Source: Alphaproteobacteria bacterium | GTDB lineage: Bacteria > Pseudomonadota > Alphaproteobacteria > CAAHEQ01 > UBA3637 | Assembly: GCA_045598925.1 (NCBI GenBank) | Contig: JAZRVC010000001.1 | Span: forward strand, 1 to 58,808 | Reading direction: 5' to 3' | DNA: 58,808 nt | Shown: piece by piece, positions 57,043 to 58,808 of the stretch | Numbering within the stretch: position 1 is the stretch's first letter | Layout of the letters: each line of letters starts with the position of its first letter | Notes under the pieces: model-generated | What the model was told of the DNA's origin: nothing | Databases searched by the model: none | What the model saw: only the letters and a program-made list of their open reading frames with translations | Position numbers and translations under genes: made by a program

Positions 57043-57071
57043 ATTATACCACACCCATTTCCAAAATGCAA
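57043..57071 (-). promoter_or_regulatory. rpsD promoter
   Basis: On the minus strand: TTGCAT (57071..57066), a 17-nt spacer, then TATAAT (57048..57043). The leader of about 100 nt contains the hairpin CAGACGG-AAAAAA-CCATCTG. Confidence 0.55.
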
Positions 57072-57157
57072 GAGAATTTATTAAAATCTTGGAACGGGTT
57101 AAGAAAGAAGAAGAAAATTCACATTCGTTTTATACTTATTGGCAGTCAAAATCTATT

Positions 57158-58808
57158 TCAACTACCACAACTATATCTTACTTCAACATTCACATCTGTA
57201 TCAAAGCTCATTCCAAAACCACTTCCTTTTTTACAATGCCCTTCACTAATCCCGTATTTTGAAATATTACTTGGATAAATTCTTATATACCGACCATCAG
57301 CCTTCTCATTAAAAACAGTTGCCCATTGACCTTTTTTTACAAGAACCCCATTAAAAGCAATATCCTTCACATCATCCGGACCACTGGTTGTATATTTAAG
57401 TTCAACTTTATACTTACCATTTTTACACAATTGATCATAATGCCAACCGCCCCCTATTCCCAATGGATACTCATTTTGGATTGGAAGTTCGATTGCATCA
57501 GGTCCACTTGTCCCTCTCGTGCTAATCGTAAGAGAATCACTCATACCGGTACAAATCGCATAATAACTTTTACTTTGGGTTCCCGCCCATTTGTAACACG
57601 ACCAACCATTATACCAGGTACATACCATCGTTCCTTCACAGGCGCAATCCCCTTGATTACAATCATCTCCTTCTTTTCCTAAACGCATAGCCACTTTCCA
57701 ATTAGTTGAATTACAAATATGGCATGAAGAATAAGGAACTTTAGATTCATCAGTAACAATTGTCCCATTATCACATTTTCCACATTCTGAAACAGTTTGT
57801 CCATGAGTATAGGTTTTTCCTGAAAATGAACAACTTTTATAAATGATACATTGATCGACGGGTTGATTTGAAGAACAAAAATTTTCTGTTACTTGCGTAC
57901 AAACACCATTTACATTTTTATTGTATGTATAAGGTTGTTTATCCCCTCCAACACATGTTCCTTGACTACATTTACCACTGCTACATTCTCCACACACAGT
58001 ATTATCGGCCAGACCTTTAAAACTCCATGTTGTGGAATCACATGCTTGGCAGGTTGGTACGGTAATGCCGGTATTCCGTATCACAGAACCATTACGACAA
58101 ATACCACAATCAGAAACTTGTTCACCTTCAGTATATTGAACCCCATTGACAATACACAAGTGTTTACAGGTATGAGTGATAGCATCACAAACATCCCCAT
58201 TCACACAATCACTTGTCTCATTACATTCTACACATGTTCCATCTGTATAACACATAGGTTTGGGTGATACACATGTTTTCGGTTTTTCTAAAACACATCC
58301 TTTGGCGTCTAATACATTAGACGTAATTGTACATTTTTCTATGGGAGTATGTTCACACAATCTACAAGTATGCGTCGTTGGATCACAATACTTTCCTTCA
58401 GTGCAATCATTTGCCTCATTACATTCTACACATGTTCCATCTGTATGACACATAGGTTTGGGTGATGCACAAGTTTTCGGTTTTTCTAAAACACACCCTT
58501 TGGCGTCCAATACATTAGACGTAATTGTACATTTTTCTATGGGAGTATGTTCACACAATCTACAAGTATGCGTCGTTGGATCACAATACTTTCCCTCAGC
58601 GCAATCACCAACTTTAATACATTCCACACATTTCTGATTGTCGGGATCCCAAACTGGTTTATCCAACGGACAAACACATTGATGATTTCTGCAAATCAGT
58701 TCGGTGGAATCGCAACCACAGGCTTCATTACATTCGCCTTCATATTGGGTGGATAATGTTTTACATTGACAGGTGGCATCACGGCACGATAATCCTGCTT
58801 CACAACAT
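57158..58808 (-). CDS. Large Cys-rich repeat protein; the N-terminus lies beyond the window end
   Basis: The reading frame stays open from the tracked TTG (58666) to nt 58808 (…CCEAGLSCRDATCQCKT…NHQCVCPLDKPVW…). It has repeated CVECN-x3-DC-x2-G-x-YCDPTTHTC modules related to those in the 8706 product, and a Cys-poor C-terminal domain of about 110 aa. Confidence 0.7.
   Translation of the reverse strand, partial: CCEAGLSCRDATCQCKTLSTQYEGECNEACGCDSTELICRNHQCVCPLDKPVWDPDNQKCVECIKVGDCAEGKYCDPTTHTCRLCEHTPIEKCTITSNVLDAKGCVLEKPKTCASPKPMCHTDGTCVECNEANDCTEGKYCDPTTHTCRLCEHTPIEKCTITSNVLDAKGCVLEKPKTCVSPKPMCYTDGTCVECNETSDCVNGDVCDAITHTCKHLCIVNGVQYTEGEQVSDCGICRNGSVIRNTGITVPTCQACDSTTWSFKGLADNTVCGECSSGKCSQGTCVGGDKQPYTYNKNVNGVCTQVTENFCSSNQPVDQCIIYKSCSFSGKTYTHGQTVSECGKCDNGTIVTDESKVPYSSCHICNSTNWKVAMRLGKEGDDCNQGDCACEGTMVCTWYNGWSCYKWAGTQSKSYYAICTGMSDSLTISTRGTSGPDAIELPIQNEYPLGIGGGWHYDQLCKNGKYKVELKYTTSGPDDVKDIAFNGVLVKKGQWATVFNEKADGRYIRIYPSNISKYGISEGHCKKGSGFGMSFDTDVNVEVRYSCGS
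58251..58646. repeat. Intragenic tandem duplication, 2 x 198 nt (66 codons)
   Basis: CACATAGGTTTGGGTGA recurs at 58251 and 58449. The cores 58251..58410 and 58449..58608 differ at only about 6 positions. Confidence 0.85.

Noticed and set aside
58251-58646. Regularly spaced repeats considered as a possible CRISPR or other non-coding array.
   Set aside because: There are only two copies, directly abutting with no spacers, and they maintain an open reading frame. This is an intragenic coding duplication.

Overview
This is a 58.8-kb, AT-rich, densely coding bacterial chromosomal segment. All calls come from reading the sequence and the ORF track by eye; no database or covariance-model search was run.

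Most of the window is housekeeping: ileS, gap, trxA, dnaG, prfA-prmC-murJ, SRP RNA-dnaX, ppa, pheST, nadK, accD, lysS, rpmH-rnpA-yidD, rnj, birA, rpsD, and four tRNAs (Val-CAC, Asn-GTT, Cys-GCA, Arg-CCT). Many genes have visible TTGACA-17-TATAAT-type promoters and hairpin terminators.

Three lineage markers suggest a low-GC alphaproteobacterium-like organism (inference): a ChpT-like histidine phosphotransferase, a truncated HprK + EIIA(Man) + NPr cluster, and a DUF2155-like gene next to MlaD genes. It is probably anaerobic and host-associated. It encodes a NuoE/NuoF-coupled trimeric [FeFe]-hydrogenase and an N-type ATPase operon (atpD-C-Q-R-B-E-F-A-G, no delta subunit, Na+-type c subunit).

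Unusual content:
1. At least four Cys-rich secreted proteins. Two have class III (prepilin) signal peptides, two have C-type-lectin-fold C-termini, and one has a near-perfect 198-nt tandem duplication. An A24 prepilin peptidase lies in the same window.
2. REP/MITE-like palindromic units and a 75-nt double-hairpin module occur only next to the lectin-fold genes. One unit sits in frame in the 5' end of a gene.
3. A roughly 180-nt structured element with its own promoter and an intrinsic terminator abuts the ribosome-binding site of the pilin-lectin gene. It could be an orphan riboswitch/attenuator or an sRNA.
4. A translationally coupled sucC-like/sucD-like/chpT-like operon in which the SucD phosphohistidine and the SucC ATP-grasp glycine-rich loop are missing.
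5. A mini FliF/YscJ-type ring-motif protein paired with a MinD/FlhG-like protein that lacks its P-loop.

No rRNA, CRISPR array, transposase or integrase was seen.
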